Shown: positions 8,134 to 17,207, numbered from the stretch's first letter. The stretch is DNA of 54,830 nt from an uncultured Pseudomonadales bacterium (GCA_964635905.1 CAZWPK010000004.1:91012-145841); one strand, 5' to 3'. Notes: generated from the sequence alone by a model not told the origin. Program-made: numbers and translations.

Positions 8134-8217
8134 AGGATCATTGATCTGGAAGTGAGTTATTATTTCATTCCATAGATCCGACACATATTGTGTTTTTGAG
8201 AGTTTGTAAACAGCTTT
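8134..8217 (+). repeat. junction B: hairpin left arm shared with C + CGACAC + right arm shared with A
   Basis: 8134-8184 vs 8692-8742 = 46/51; 8179-8217 vs 7622-7660 = 34/39. Confidence 0.9.
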
Positions 8218-8284
8218 GAATTGCTGGTCGTAAATTCTTCTTCCCGACTTTAGTATACGGTAATATAATTGCTGGAGATGATAT

Positions 8285-8683
8285 ATGTCTGCAGAAAAAC
8301 CTGTTGTAGTACTTGTCGATAACAATAAGACTTATCTCGATACAGTGGCTTTGTTTTTTCAACAAACTGGTATGCATGTGGTTTGTTTTTTATCTGATCT
8401 GGGTAGCAATACAGAAGATTTGGTAGATCGGATACAAAAGAATAGTCCCGACATTGTTGTAACAGGTGTTCGTAATCGAATCGACAGAGATGATGGAGAT
8501 ATGAGTGGGATAGTATTGGCAAATGCTCTAAAATCCAAAGGTATTAAAGTTTTAGTAACATCTTCACCAGAATACCAAGGAATAGCTGAGCAAAATGGTT
8601 TACCTTTTATCGGAAAGCATCTTGGAGCACCTGAGTTTGTCAGTCATATTCAAGCACTTATAGGTCTATCCTTTAAATCATAA
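8285..8683 (+). CDS. stand-alone atypical receiver (CheY-like) protein
   Basis: VVLVDNN (b1), SPDIVVTGV (Gly at the Asp position), MSGIVLANALK, VLVTSS, FIGK. Confidence 0.75.
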   Translation: MSAEKPVVVLVDNNKTYLDTVALFFQQTGMHVVCFLSDLGSNTEDLVDRIQKNSPDIVVTGVRNRIDRDDGDMSGIVLANALKSKGIKVLVTSSPEYQGIAEQNGLPFIGKHLGAPEFVSHIQALIGLSFKS

Positions 8684-8691
8684 AATGCTAA

Positions 8692-8756
8692 AGGACTACT
8701 GATCTGGAAGTGAGTTACTATTTCATTCCATAGTTCCGACACTTTTGATATTCTTG
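8692..8756 (+). repeat. junction C: hairpin left arm + CGACAC + diverged right arm
   Basis: 46/51 to junction B left arm; TTCTTG at the same offset after the core as in junction A. Confidence 0.85.
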
Positions 8757-8903
8757 GAAAATCCTGTTAGATTTGACTACGATTACCATACGCTTATAAT
8801 CAGTGCTGACTCTCCTAACATACTAGAAGTAGTCAAGATGCCATTAATAAAGTGGTGATCAAAATACCAATTGTTCAAATTTTTGTTTAAGGAGATTTCT
8901 CAT

Positions 8904-9341
8904 ATGGGCCCAGTAGAACGTAGAGACGTCACAATTGTAGATACGAACGTTGACCCGAGACTGGCAGAGGTCACTCAGGTAACTATACTAGAACAACTCA
9001 ATGATCGTAAATTTCTTGAAGAACTAATTGCTCAAGGAAGAATTGTCTCTCACGAATTCGGACAGCAGGGGTGGGCAGCCGATATGCGACCTGTGTGCAG
9101 AGTGACGATCTCTCCTATTTCCGAACAACACTATTCTAGAAATGAGGAAGATAATCCTTATGATAGGAGTATCATCTGCGTAATAGTCGATGGAAAAAAA
9201 TATCCTTGCACTACATTCGTTGTCGATGAAGAAATTGGAACCTTTATTAGAGGCATGCTTAGAAGGCGACGTCTTTTGAAGCCTTTCAAAGAGTTTGCTT
9301 CGGGTCTGAAAGATGGACTGCGTTCTGCATTCCGAGGTTAA
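8904..9341 (+). CDS. hypothetical protein
   Basis: ORF 8871..9341; ATG 8904 preceded by AAGGAG. Confidence 0.65.
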   Translation: MGPVERRDVTIVDTNVDPRLAEVTQVTILEQLNDRKFLEELIAQGRIVSHEFGQQGWAADMRPVCRVTISPISEQHYSRNEEDNPYDRSIICVIVDGKKYPCTTFVVDEEIGTFIRGMLRRRRLLKPFKEFASGLKDGLRSAFRG

Positions 9342-9386
9342 CGGAATCATTGCAATTTTTAGGATTTGCAACGCTATACTACGAAA

Positions 9387-10073
9387 ATGGTAACCATTAT
9401 TCATGGTGATGATGAACTCAAAGTCCACCAAAACCTTTCTGCATTATTAAAGACCTACCGTGCGGATAACTTCACAATTGTTCGTTTAGATGCCAAAGGA
9501 CTATCAATCTCCGACTTAGAAACAGCAGTGGGAACTGAGGAGCTTTTTGCCGTAAAAAAAGTTGTCGTGATTGATCGAATTCATGCGCTGCCAAAAAGCA
9601 AGCAGAAAGATCTTCTTTTAAGTTGGCTCTCAGACTTTAAGTCTTCTACTACGGATGTGATTTTAGTCGAACATAAAATTCTTACTCCCACACAATTAAA
9701 AAAATTTCCAAGCGCTGATGTCAGATTATCTAAACTTCCCTCACTACTGTTTTCGTTTTTAGAGACGATTGGAACACAGCCAGCATACAAAAGTGTAACG
9801 CTGTTTCATCAGGTGCTAGAAAATCAGGAGCCAGAGCAAGTCTTTGTGATGATTATTCGTCAGTTTCGCTTGTTACTGCAATACAGTAGTGATGGAGTGT
9901 ATAACGGACCTCCATTTGGTCGATCAAAAATTCAAAAACAGTCGGATCGGATACCAAGAGAAAAACTTTTGCTGCTTTACAACCGACTACTACAAATCGA
10001 TTTGGGACAAAAAACCTCGACATCCGTCTTATCACTAACCCAAGAAATTGACCTTTTCCTGCTAGAGATCTAG
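9387..10073 (+). CDS. holA: DNA polymerase III delta subunit (short form)
   Basis: MVTIIHGDDE, EELFAVKKVVVID, IIRQFRLL, LLQIDLGQKTS; TATACT 6 nt before ATG. Confidence 0.8.
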   Translation: MVTIIHGDDELKVHQNLSALLKTYRADNFTIVRLDAKGLSISDLETAVGTEELFAVKKVVVIDRIHALPKSKQKDLLLSWLSDFKSSTTDVILVEHKILTPTQLKKFPSADVRLSKLPSLLFSFLETIGTQPAYKSVTLFHQVLENQEPEQVFVMIIRQFRLLLQYSSDGVYNGPPFGRSKIQKQSDRIPREKLLLLYNRLLQIDLGQKTSTSVLSLTQEIDLFLLEI

Positions 10074-10175
10074 AATCGAGAAGTGTTTCTTACGCAGTTC
10101 TTAATTTAAATAGTGCACAATAGTTTCGGTTGTGGTTGATGATCAGTCATCTATCCGTCTATACAAGGAGGCAGC

Positions 10176-11591
10176 ATGCAAGTTGTTCCAGTTCCATCAG
10201 TGATTTTTCGTGGATACGATATCCGCGGAGTAGCAGGGAGTGAATTATCAGAGGATGTGTACTATACCCTGGGACGCGCATACGCCACGTTTTTAACGCA
10301 GCGACGAATTAAAGAAGCAAGTGTCGGTCGAGATAATCGTCTGACAAGTGAAGTGTACGCAAAAGCCTTTATTCAAGGTCTCAATGAAGGTGGAATCGAT
10401 ACCATCGACATGGGCTTGTCTCTCTCTCAAATTGTCTATTATTCTTCCTATGAATTCAAAACGAAGGGAAGTGCGATGGTGACTGCTTCCCATAATCCCA
10501 AAGAGTATAACGGACTTAAGCTTGGTGTTGGGTATTCCGATACCATGATCACGGAAGAGATTGCTTACATGAAAGATCTCTGTGACAAAGGAGAATTTTC
10601 TACGGGCAGTGGTACGAACCGCAGTGTGGATGTCTACCCATCCTACAAAGAAACAGTCCTTAAACTATTTTCTTTGAAGAAAGCCTGGAAGGTCGTCGTC
10701 GATACCTGTAACACAACCTCCGGGAAGTTTTATCCCGACTTACTGCGATCCGCCGGATGTGAAGTCATTGAACAAAATACAACCTTGGATGGCAACTTCC
10801 CCCTAGGTGTTCCGGATCCAACAGAGGTAGAAGTCCTTGAACGACTTGCAACGGGTGTAAAAAATGCTGGGGCTGATATTGGTTTTGCCTATGATACCGA
10901 TGGTGACCGAATGGCCGTCGTCGATGATAAAGGGAACACTTTGTGGATGGACTCCATTGTGGCACTTTTTTCAAAAGATGTCTTGGACTTCATGCCAAAG
11001 GCTCCGATTGTCTACAACACGCTCTGTTCTCGTCAAGTCACGGAAGCGATTGAAAAAGCTGGTGGAACACCAGTGATGTGGATGACCGGTCATTCGTTTA
11101 TCAAAGCGAAGATTAAAGAAGTACGCTCTCCCTTTGGAGGGGAATTGTCTGGCCACATTTTCTTCATGGATAACTTCTTTGGACATGATGATGGGGCCTA
11201 TGCGAGTTTGCGACTCCTTCAATATTTGGAACGAAAGAATCAAACCTTGAGTGCAGCAGTCAGTGAACTTTCGATCTACGTCAGTAGTCCGGAGATCAAA
11301 TTTGGATTGGCAGACGACATCAAGTTCAAATTTATCGATACCGTGATCAAAGCTGAATTTGAGAAGCGATGGCCGGATGGTAAGTACACCACCATTGATG
11401 GGGTTAGAGTAGATCTAGCTGATCAAATGGCAATTGTTCGTGCCTCCCAGAATGGACCCTACATTACGGTCAAGTTTGAGGGGAAAACACAAGAAATCTA
11501 TGATGCCTTAAAGAAAGAATTAAAAGCGATTTTATCCGCTCATAGTGAAATTGACTGGTCAAAGGGTGTGAATACGCACGCCTTAGATTAA
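10176..11591 (+). CDS. phosphomannomutase/phosphoglucomutase
   Basis: IFRGYDIRG, TASHNP, AYDTDGDR, GGELSGH. Confidence 0.95.
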   Translation: MQVVPVPSVIFRGYDIRGVAGSELSEDVYYTLGRAYATFLTQRRIKEASVGRDNRLTSEVYAKAFIQGLNEGGIDTIDMGLSLSQIVYYSSYEFKTKGSAMVTASHNPKEYNGLKLGVGYSDTMITEEIAYMKDLCDKGEFSTGSGTNRSVDVYPSYKETVLKLFSLKKAWKVVVDTCNTTSGKFYPDLLRSAGCEVIEQNTTLDGNFPLGVPDPTEVEVLERLATGVKNAGADIGFAYDTDGDRMAVVDDKGNTLWMDSIVALFSKDVLDFMPKAPIVYNTLCSRQVTEAIEKAGGTPVMWMTGHSFIKAKIKEVRSPFGGELSGHIFFMDNFFGHDDGAYASLRLLQYLERKNQTLSAAVSELSIYVSSPEIKFGLADDIKFKFIDTVIKAEFEKRWPDGKYTTIDGVRVDLADQMAIVRASQNGPYITVKFEGKTQEIYDALKKELKAILSAHSEIDWSKGVNTHALD

Positions 11592-11654
11592 GGGAACCGA
11601 AGACAGATGGCTCCTGTACACGGTCCTCTTGTAGGATCGTGTACAATTGGACCT

Positions 11655-12926
11655 ATGGACAAACCAACAATCCTCATCTTGGCTGGGGGAGAGAATAGCC
11701 GCTTTTTTCCATTAAATACCACGACGCATAAAGGTGCCCTGACACTACTGGGAAAACCGTTAGTTATTCGTACGCTGGAGAACTTAGAAAAGCACGGATT
11801 TCCCCATGTCGTCATGATTGTCTCGAAGAAAGATTTTGATGGGAATGGACTGTCGGGATTTATTAAAGAATTTGACTTTAAACTGAAAATTGATTTTGTG
11901 CTTCAGCCAGATGCTCAGGGAATGGGAAATGCAGTGCTGTGTGCTAAAGACAAGATCAAAGGCTCCTTTGGAGTTGTTTTCCCCTCATCGTTAGATGCAG
12001 GGGAGCTTATGGAAACGTTGATGAAACAGGCAGGAAACGGTGGAAGTCTTGCGGTTCGCTATACCCAAGAGCCTTGGCTGTATGGAATCGTCACCCTCGA
12101 TGGTCAACACATTACCTCGATTGTGGAGAAACCAACAAAAGGGACGGAACCCTCCAACCTTATGGCAACCGGTGTCTATTATCTTTCCCATGAATTCTTA
12201 GAATTCTTGCAGGTCGCACCACAGACACAATACAACTTTGAAGAAAGTCTGGACAAGTTTGTTCAAGTGTATACCGTCACTGCAGTGGAACAATCGCACA
12301 CGTTGCCGTCGCTCAAATACCCTTGGCATCTCTTTGCGTTTCAACAGGTGCTTTTTGCTGACCTTCCCAATTATATTTCTCCCTATGCAACGGTTGCCAA
12401 GACTGCAGTCATCGATGCGAAGAATGGACCCGTCTATATTGAGAATGGAGCGACCATTGGCCATGCCGTAAAGATCGTCGGTCCTGCCTATATTGGAAAA
12501 GATGTGTTCATCGGTGATTTCTCATTGATTCGACACTCCTCCTTTGAGCAAGGTTCTTCGGTTGGAGTCCATTCGGATGTGACCCGATCCATCATCATGG
12601 AAGATTCGTCCATGCACAATGGTTTCCTAGGAGATTCCATTGTGGGTCGCGATGTGCAGATTGGAGCCGGGCTGATTACTTCGAACAAGCGCATGGATCG
12701 AGCCCCTATTGAAGTTGTGGTCAAAGGTAATAAAGTAGCTAGCCGTTTAACCGGACTTGGAACCGTGATTGGTGATCATGCCAAAGTTGGAGTACGGGTT
12801 ACCATCATGCCGGGAAAATTTGTAGGATGTCGAGCAATTGTGTACCCGGGCATAACGGTGTGGGAACATGTCCCTCATGACCATCGTGTAAAATCCCCGC
12901 AGACTATTGAATTGGTGGAACGATAA
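11655..12926 (+). CDS. sugar-phosphate nucleotidyltransferase with hexapeptide-repeat C-terminus (GlmU-like, archaeal-type architecture)
   Basis: ILAGGENSRFFP, HKG, VEKP, left-handed beta-helix repeats, GTVIGDHAKVG; ATG 11655 after TACAAT. Confidence 0.85.
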   Translation: MDKPTILILAGGENSRFFPLNTTTHKGALTLLGKPLVIRTLENLEKHGFPHVVMIVSKKDFDGNGLSGFIKEFDFKLKIDFVLQPDAQGMGNAVLCAKDKIKGSFGVVFPSSLDAGELMETLMKQAGNGGSLAVRYTQEPWLYGIVTLDGQHITSIVEKPTKGTEPSNLMATGVYYLSHEFLEFLQVAPQTQYNFEESLDKFVQVYTVTAVEQSHTLPSLKYPWHLFAFQQVLFADLPNYISPYATVAKTAVIDAKNGPVYIENGATIGHAVKIVGPAYIGKDVFIGDFSLIRHSSFEQGSSVGVHSDVTRSIIMEDSSMHNGFLGDSIVGRDVQIGAGLITSNKRMDRAPIEVVVKGNKVASRLTGLGTVIGDHAKVGVRVTIMPGKFVGCRAIVYPGITVWEHVPHDHRVKSPQTIELVER

Positions 12927-12929
12927 TCT

Positions 12930-13727
12930 ATGGTTGATCCAACATCTGCAAAAGCTTTCCTCTTTGACGTGGACAAAACATTAACGAACTCCTCTCGAGA
13001 ATGTACGCCTGCAACCCAAGCAGCCATAAAAAAATTGCGAAGTCTGGGGAAAAAGGTGGGAGTGTGTACCGGTCGACACTACACGACCTTACATCAAGAG
13101 ATTTTACCCTTGTTTGAACCAACTGACATCCATGTCGTATCCGGAGGGGCACAAGTCATTTCAACGGATGGAATCGTAGTGTGGGAGCAATGTATTCCCC
13201 GAGCTACTGTCGATCAGCTTCTTCGTTCGCTCGATGGTCGTGCCACAAGAATTTACGTTCAAGAGGGGACGTCGATCTATGGAAACGCTCAAGCGATTGC
13301 CGAGTGGAAGATCGTGATCGGAGCGAAACACCAGCTATATATTAAACCGCTCTCAGAGCTTCCAGCCGTAGACATACCCATTATCGTGGTGCATGAGATC
13401 GATGAAACGGTCTTTAATTCCATCGTAGAGCATCCAGATTTAAATGCGAAATACATGCAAAATTACACTGGAAAGTATTATGCAGACATCACTGCAGCCG
13501 GTGTAAGTAAAGAAACGGGAGTTCGTGAATGGTGTACACGTCAGAATGTATCCCCAACTGAAGTCGTTGGTTTTGGTGATAGTGCAAATGACATCGAGTT
13601 TCTAACAATGGTCGGCTTCGGTGTGGCAATGGGAAATGCTACCGAGGACGTAAAAAAGATTGCACAAGAAGTCACCTTGACGCTGGATGAGGATGGGATT
13701 GCTGCTTGGGTAAATGCCCATTTCTAA
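12930..13727 (+). CDS. Cof-type HAD hydrolase
   Basis: FDVDKTL, CTGR, GVSKETG, GFGDSANDIEFL. Confidence 0.92.
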   Translation: MVDPTSAKAFLFDVDKTLTNSSRECTPATQAAIKKLRSLGKKVGVCTGRHYTTLHQEILPLFEPTDIHVVSGGAQVISTDGIVVWEQCIPRATVDQLLRSLDGRATRIYVQEGTSIYGNAQAIAEWKIVIGAKHQLYIKPLSELPAVDIPIIVVHEIDETVFNSIVEHPDLNAKYMQNYTGKYYADITAAGVSKETGVREWCTRQNVSPTEVVGFGDSANDIEFLTMVGFGVAMGNATEDVKKIAQEVTLTLDEDGIAAWVNAHF

Positions 13728-13763
13728 GGTATTTTAAGTGAAGATTACAGTTGAAAGGAAATT

Positions 13764-14843
13764 ATGTCGACGATTCTAGATTCTCGTGATGAGTTACAAA
13801 AAAATGATCCAAAATTTGCCATTCGCTCGCTGGAGCAACTGGGTAGCCAGGTAAAGCAAATCTGGGAACTCACTTCAGCGTTGCAATTGGATACCTCGTA
13901 CTCATCGATAAAAAATGTGGTTGTCGCTGGTATGGGAGGATCTGCATACGGCACACATGTGATCACCACCGTATTTAAAGAACAATTATCAGTCCCAGTG
14001 ACGGTAGTTCCCGATTACACGGTACCCGCCTATGTCGGTCAGGATACTTTAGTGATTGTGTCCAGTTATTCTGGCTCCAGTGAAGAAACCTTAGCTGCAG
14101 CAGAGGATGCCCGAACTAAGGGAGCTAAGATTATCGGTCTGACTTCTGGTGGTAAATTAGGCGCCTGGTTAACTGAACATTCCTTTCCATTGATTCAATT
14201 TGATGGAAGTTTTAATCCCTGCGGAGTAGCCCGATTCGGGTACGGTTATTCGCTCTTTGGTCAGATGGCAATTTTTGCAAAAGTTGGTCTAATCACGATA
14301 AAGCAATCCGACGTTGATGCCATTCTAGCAGTAATCGCAGATGCGCAATTACGCTGTAGCGCTGATATCCCACAAGATGACAATGAGGCAAAATTATTGG
14401 CATTTGAACTAGTACAGCGCGCCCCTGTATTTACAGTGGCAGAGCATCTGGAAGGGATTGCACATGTGGTTGCCAATGCGATGAATGAAAATGCTAAAAC
14501 GTATTCGGAGTATCGCAGCATCCCAGAACTCAATCACCATCTCTTAGAGGGATTTCAATTTCCACAAACGAATGAACAACACTATCTTTTTCTCACCACG
14601 CTATCTTCCCGATATGCAAAGTCAAACCAACATCGAATGGAACTAACGCAAGAGGTGTTAGAAAAGCATCATATTGAATGGAAAGAACTTCCGGTAAACG
14701 GGAAATCAAAACTAGAAGAAGTCTTTTCCTATTTAATGGTCGGTGTCTATGCATCCTATTATTTGGCGGCTCTCTTGCAGGTAGACCCTGCGGGAACCCC
14801 AGAAGTAGAATGGTTTAAGAAGGAGTTGGCAGCAAAGGTATGA
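13764..14843 (+). CDS. bifunctional phosphoglucose/phosphomannose isomerase (SIS fold)
   Basis: VVAGMGGSAYG, VSSYSGSSEET, TSGGKL, ENAK, PELNHH. Confidence 0.9.
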   Translation: MSTILDSRDELQKNDPKFAIRSLEQLGSQVKQIWELTSALQLDTSYSSIKNVVVAGMGGSAYGTHVITTVFKEQLSVPVTVVPDYTVPAYVGQDTLVIVSSYSGSSEETLAAAEDARTKGAKIIGLTSGGKLGAWLTEHSFPLIQFDGSFNPCGVARFGYGYSLFGQMAIFAKVGLITIKQSDVDAILAVIADAQLRCSADIPQDDNEAKLLAFELVQRAPVFTVAEHLEGIAHVVANAMNENAKTYSEYRSIPELNHHLLEGFQFPQTNEQHYLFLTTLSSRYAKSNQHRMELTQEVLEKHHIEWKELPVNGKSKLEEVFSYLMVGVYASYYLAALLQVDPAGTPEVEWFKKELAAKV

Positions 14844-16012
14844 TCCTACGTCCCTATTTCATCGTTCCCAAATTGATTCCGCAACCAACCTGGGGAGGAG
14901 ACTACATTCGTACCTATAAAGGGATCGCTGATTCCCAAGTGACTAGTCAGCTTATTGGTCAGTCCTATGAGTTAAGTGTGGATTCCATGCTGTCTGAGGG
15001 CCTAGATTCAGCCGTAGTGCCGGTGGAGCTGGGTGATCCAAAAACAGGGAATACGACGAGATTGATAGGGAATGCCGATCAACTTTTTTCATTGCAATCG
15101 CTCATTGATCAGAATCCCGAGGAAACCTTAGGAGCCAAGTCGGTTCAAGTCCATGGAAAACGAATGAATGTCTTAATAAAGTTTACACAGGCTAAAGGAA
15201 ATTCGTTTCAAGTTCACGTGATCCCTGGGAAGGAATTTGGTCATTGGAAACCCAAACCTGAAAGTTGGTATTACTTTGAGCCTGGAAAAGCAACGGTGGG
15301 GTTGCACCAACCCACACTTGAAAGACTCGCTTCATACAAGAATGCTTGCGAAAAGATCGCCCAGTTTGCAGAGCAGATGCAGGAGGAAGTAGCAAGTAAA
15401 AACAAATCGATTGATGCAGCGAAGAAACTGCTTTTGGAACTTGTTTCTACCGAAAATCCATGGCAATACGTCAATGAAGTGATGGTAGAGAAAGGGGCAG
15501 TGATCGATCTATCCGGCGGCGGAATCCATCATTCCTGGGAAGAAGGGGAGTCTATTCCGCTAGGGAATGTCGTGTATGAAGTGCAAGTTAATGTCATGGA
15601 TAACGAGTGCACGATTCGCTCCTTTGATAAGGGAAAAATTGGTTCGGATGGAACTGTTCGTCCAGTTCACATACATGACTATTTCACCGCTCTTAATACC
15701 GATCCTAGCCACAACCAAGTCTCAAAAATTCTGCAACAACCGGAGACTAGGGATGATGATGGCGCGCAGCATACGGATTTGTTTTCAACTCCCTATTATT
15801 CAAGTAAAGAGATCGCGTTTTCGGGAACATATCATGGAACTACGAACACCAGTTTCCACCATGTGTTTGTGAAAGAAGGCAGCCTCCAATGCAAATCAGG
15901 AGAAACCTCGTTACAAGCTGCAAAGGGAAGCTCTTTGTTTATTCCAGCTGAAGTTACTGACTACTCTCTTCTCTCAGATTCAGCCACTGAAGTGATAATC
16001 ACTTCAGTCTAG
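14840..16012 (+). CDS. class I mannose-6-phosphate isomerase-like cupin protein
   Basis: PTWGG, QSYELS, LIKF...SFQVH, KPESWY, GGIHH, YEVQ. Confidence 0.75.
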   Translation: MILRPYFIVPKLIPQPTWGGDYIRTYKGIADSQVTSQLIGQSYELSVDSMLSEGLDSAVVPVELGDPKTGNTTRLIGNADQLFSLQSLIDQNPEETLGAKSVQVHGKRMNVLIKFTQAKGNSFQVHVIPGKEFGHWKPKPESWYYFEPGKATVGLHQPTLERLASYKNACEKIAQFAEQMQEEVASKNKSIDAAKKLLLELVSTENPWQYVNEVMVEKGAVIDLSGGGIHHSWEEGESIPLGNVVYEVQVNVMDNECTIRSFDKGKIGSDGTVRPVHIHDYFTALNTDPSHNQVSKILQQPETRDDDGAQHTDLFSTPYYSSKEIAFSGTYHGTTNTSFHHVFVKEGSLQCKSGETSLQAAKGSSLFIPAEVTDYSLLSDSATEVIITSV

Positions 16013-16204
16013 TCTGATTTTATTGAAGGTACTTTTTTACAACGAACGAAGTTCTTGGGAATAGGGTTGATTCTCTTCTTCTTCTTCTTCTTTGCCAGAT
16101 CGAAGAATACAATCTCACGGGCTGAAAGTGCTTTCTTATTACTGCTCTATATTATTTTTGTCTGTTTTGAGATTGTGTTTGTACTGTAGCAAGAACTAAA
16201 AAGT

Positions 16205-16271
16205 GAGAGGATGTTTATGCCCTCGAAAGCGTGCTCTATGTCGAGTGAAGGCGACAGACCTTGAACGCCTT
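16205..16271 (-). repeat. junction D: element-2 left arm + CGAC core + diverged cassette-type right arm
   Basis: Minus strand AAGGCG-N12-CGCCTT-CACT-CGACA followed by GAGGGCATAAACATCCTC, similar to GAGAGCTTGTAAACAGCTC of junction A. Confidence 0.75.
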
Positions 16272-16385
16272 ACAGAAGTGATTTTAGCACGCTGGCAGAG
16301 AGTCGAGTTCACTATTCCCGAATTGATGAATACTGATAACTTCACTCATGGTGAAAATAAGATAGGGCTATCGTATGTGTACTAG
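16239..16385 (+). other. displaced C-terminal coding segment of LSR2 (CRVKATDLERLTEVILARW...GENKIGLSYVY*)
   Basis: Ungapped homolog of 7480..7626; the Met of copy 1 is CTA here; in frame with LSR2 across GTCG. Confidence 0.7.
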
Positions 16386-16423
16386 GATTACTCGACGGAA
16401 ACGGGTACAATGACGGTCAAATT

Positions 16424-16711
16424 ATGCCATCCACACCAGAGGAGAGACTAGCTGAAAACAAGCGATTATTACAGGAGATGCTCAAGAATCCTAAGTATCA
16501 GCGGGCGGAACTTGTCGAAGCACTCAAAGCCGTAAACGAGGAACAAGCTCTCGGTGTCGATGCTGTCCGTAACGCGATAGCCATGCGTAATGCGAAAGGA
16601 CAAGAGATTTTGTATATGCTCCTCAAGAAAAACCGAGTCCTCACCCTTTTCCATAAGATAAAGAAGTGGGTCTTTGAACTAGTGTATAATATGCCTATTA
16701 AATCAAAATAA
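16424..16711 (+). CDS. conserved small element protein (95 aa), candidate directionality factor/regulator
   Basis: Paralog of 7172..7441 (NKRLL, ALKA, VRNAIAMR, EILY.LLKKNR). Confidence 0.85.
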   Translation: MPSTPEERLAENKRLLQEMLKNPKYQRAELVEALKAVNEEQALGVDAVRNAIAMRNAKGQEILYMLLKKNRVLTLFHKIKKWVFELVYNMPIKSK

Positions 16712-16720
16712 GGAGCCAAT

Positions 16721-17173
16721 ATGTCAGAAATCCTTTCAGATTTTGGTAAAGAAGCAAATGAGACACCCAAAGTGACAGCAGATGCTCAACCGCAACCAGC
16801 TACAATTTCTCCAAATAGATTGCAGAGCATTGCAGACTTGATGGCTCAACCTGCTGAATCTACGGATACTCCTGTTGCGAAGACTGAGACACCGAAAGCA
16901 GAAATCTCTGAAGTTTTAGTTCTCAAGCAAGGTTTGAATGCTGTCATAATGCCTGAACTTAGAGACGTATTTAAAGACGAGAGATTTGGTGACTCATTTG
17001 GTGACGTGAGTGCAGAGGTTGCAAGAGATAGGCTCCAAAAGTTTCTTGATGAAATCCAAAAACAAGGTGGTAAAGTCCTTTCTACTGTTAGCCAAATGAC
17101 CAATGAAAATCCTAGTGAAATGAATGGTGATGACCCAAAGCTGACTACGTTCTTTATAGTAGAAAAATCGTAA
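16721..17173 (+). CDS. cargo hypothetical protein
   Basis: 150-aa ORF with AGGAG ribosome-binding site; Pro/Ala/Thr-rich N-terminus. Confidence 0.7.
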   Translation: MSEILSDFGKEANETPKVTADAQPQPATISPNRLQSIADLMAQPAESTDTPVAKTETPKAEISEVLVLKQGLNAVIMPELRDVFKDERFGDSFGDVSAEVARDRLQKFLDEIQKQGGKVLSTVSQMTNENPSEMNGDDPKLTTFFIVEKS

Positions 17174-17207
17174 AGACTTACGCTAAAGTAGGTAGCATCT
17201 TTTATGT

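Noticed and set aside
8134-8742. Palindromic direct repeats as a CRISPR array
   Set aside because: Only two full copies, 558 bp apart, with a whole gene between them; no cas genes
7609-8756. Classical integron attC/attI sites
   Set aside because: No tyrosine integrase (IntI) in the window and no RYYYAAC/GTTRRRY boxes; only the logic is integron-like
16071-16092. Phase-variable triplet repeat
   Set aside because: Short CTT run not within an intact gene or an evident promoter; noted only as part of the relic region
16203-16385. Stand-alone 60-aa gene from the ORF track
   Set aside because: Homology to copy 1 starts exactly at the GTCG core and the start codon is not conserved; better explained as a displaced LSR tail
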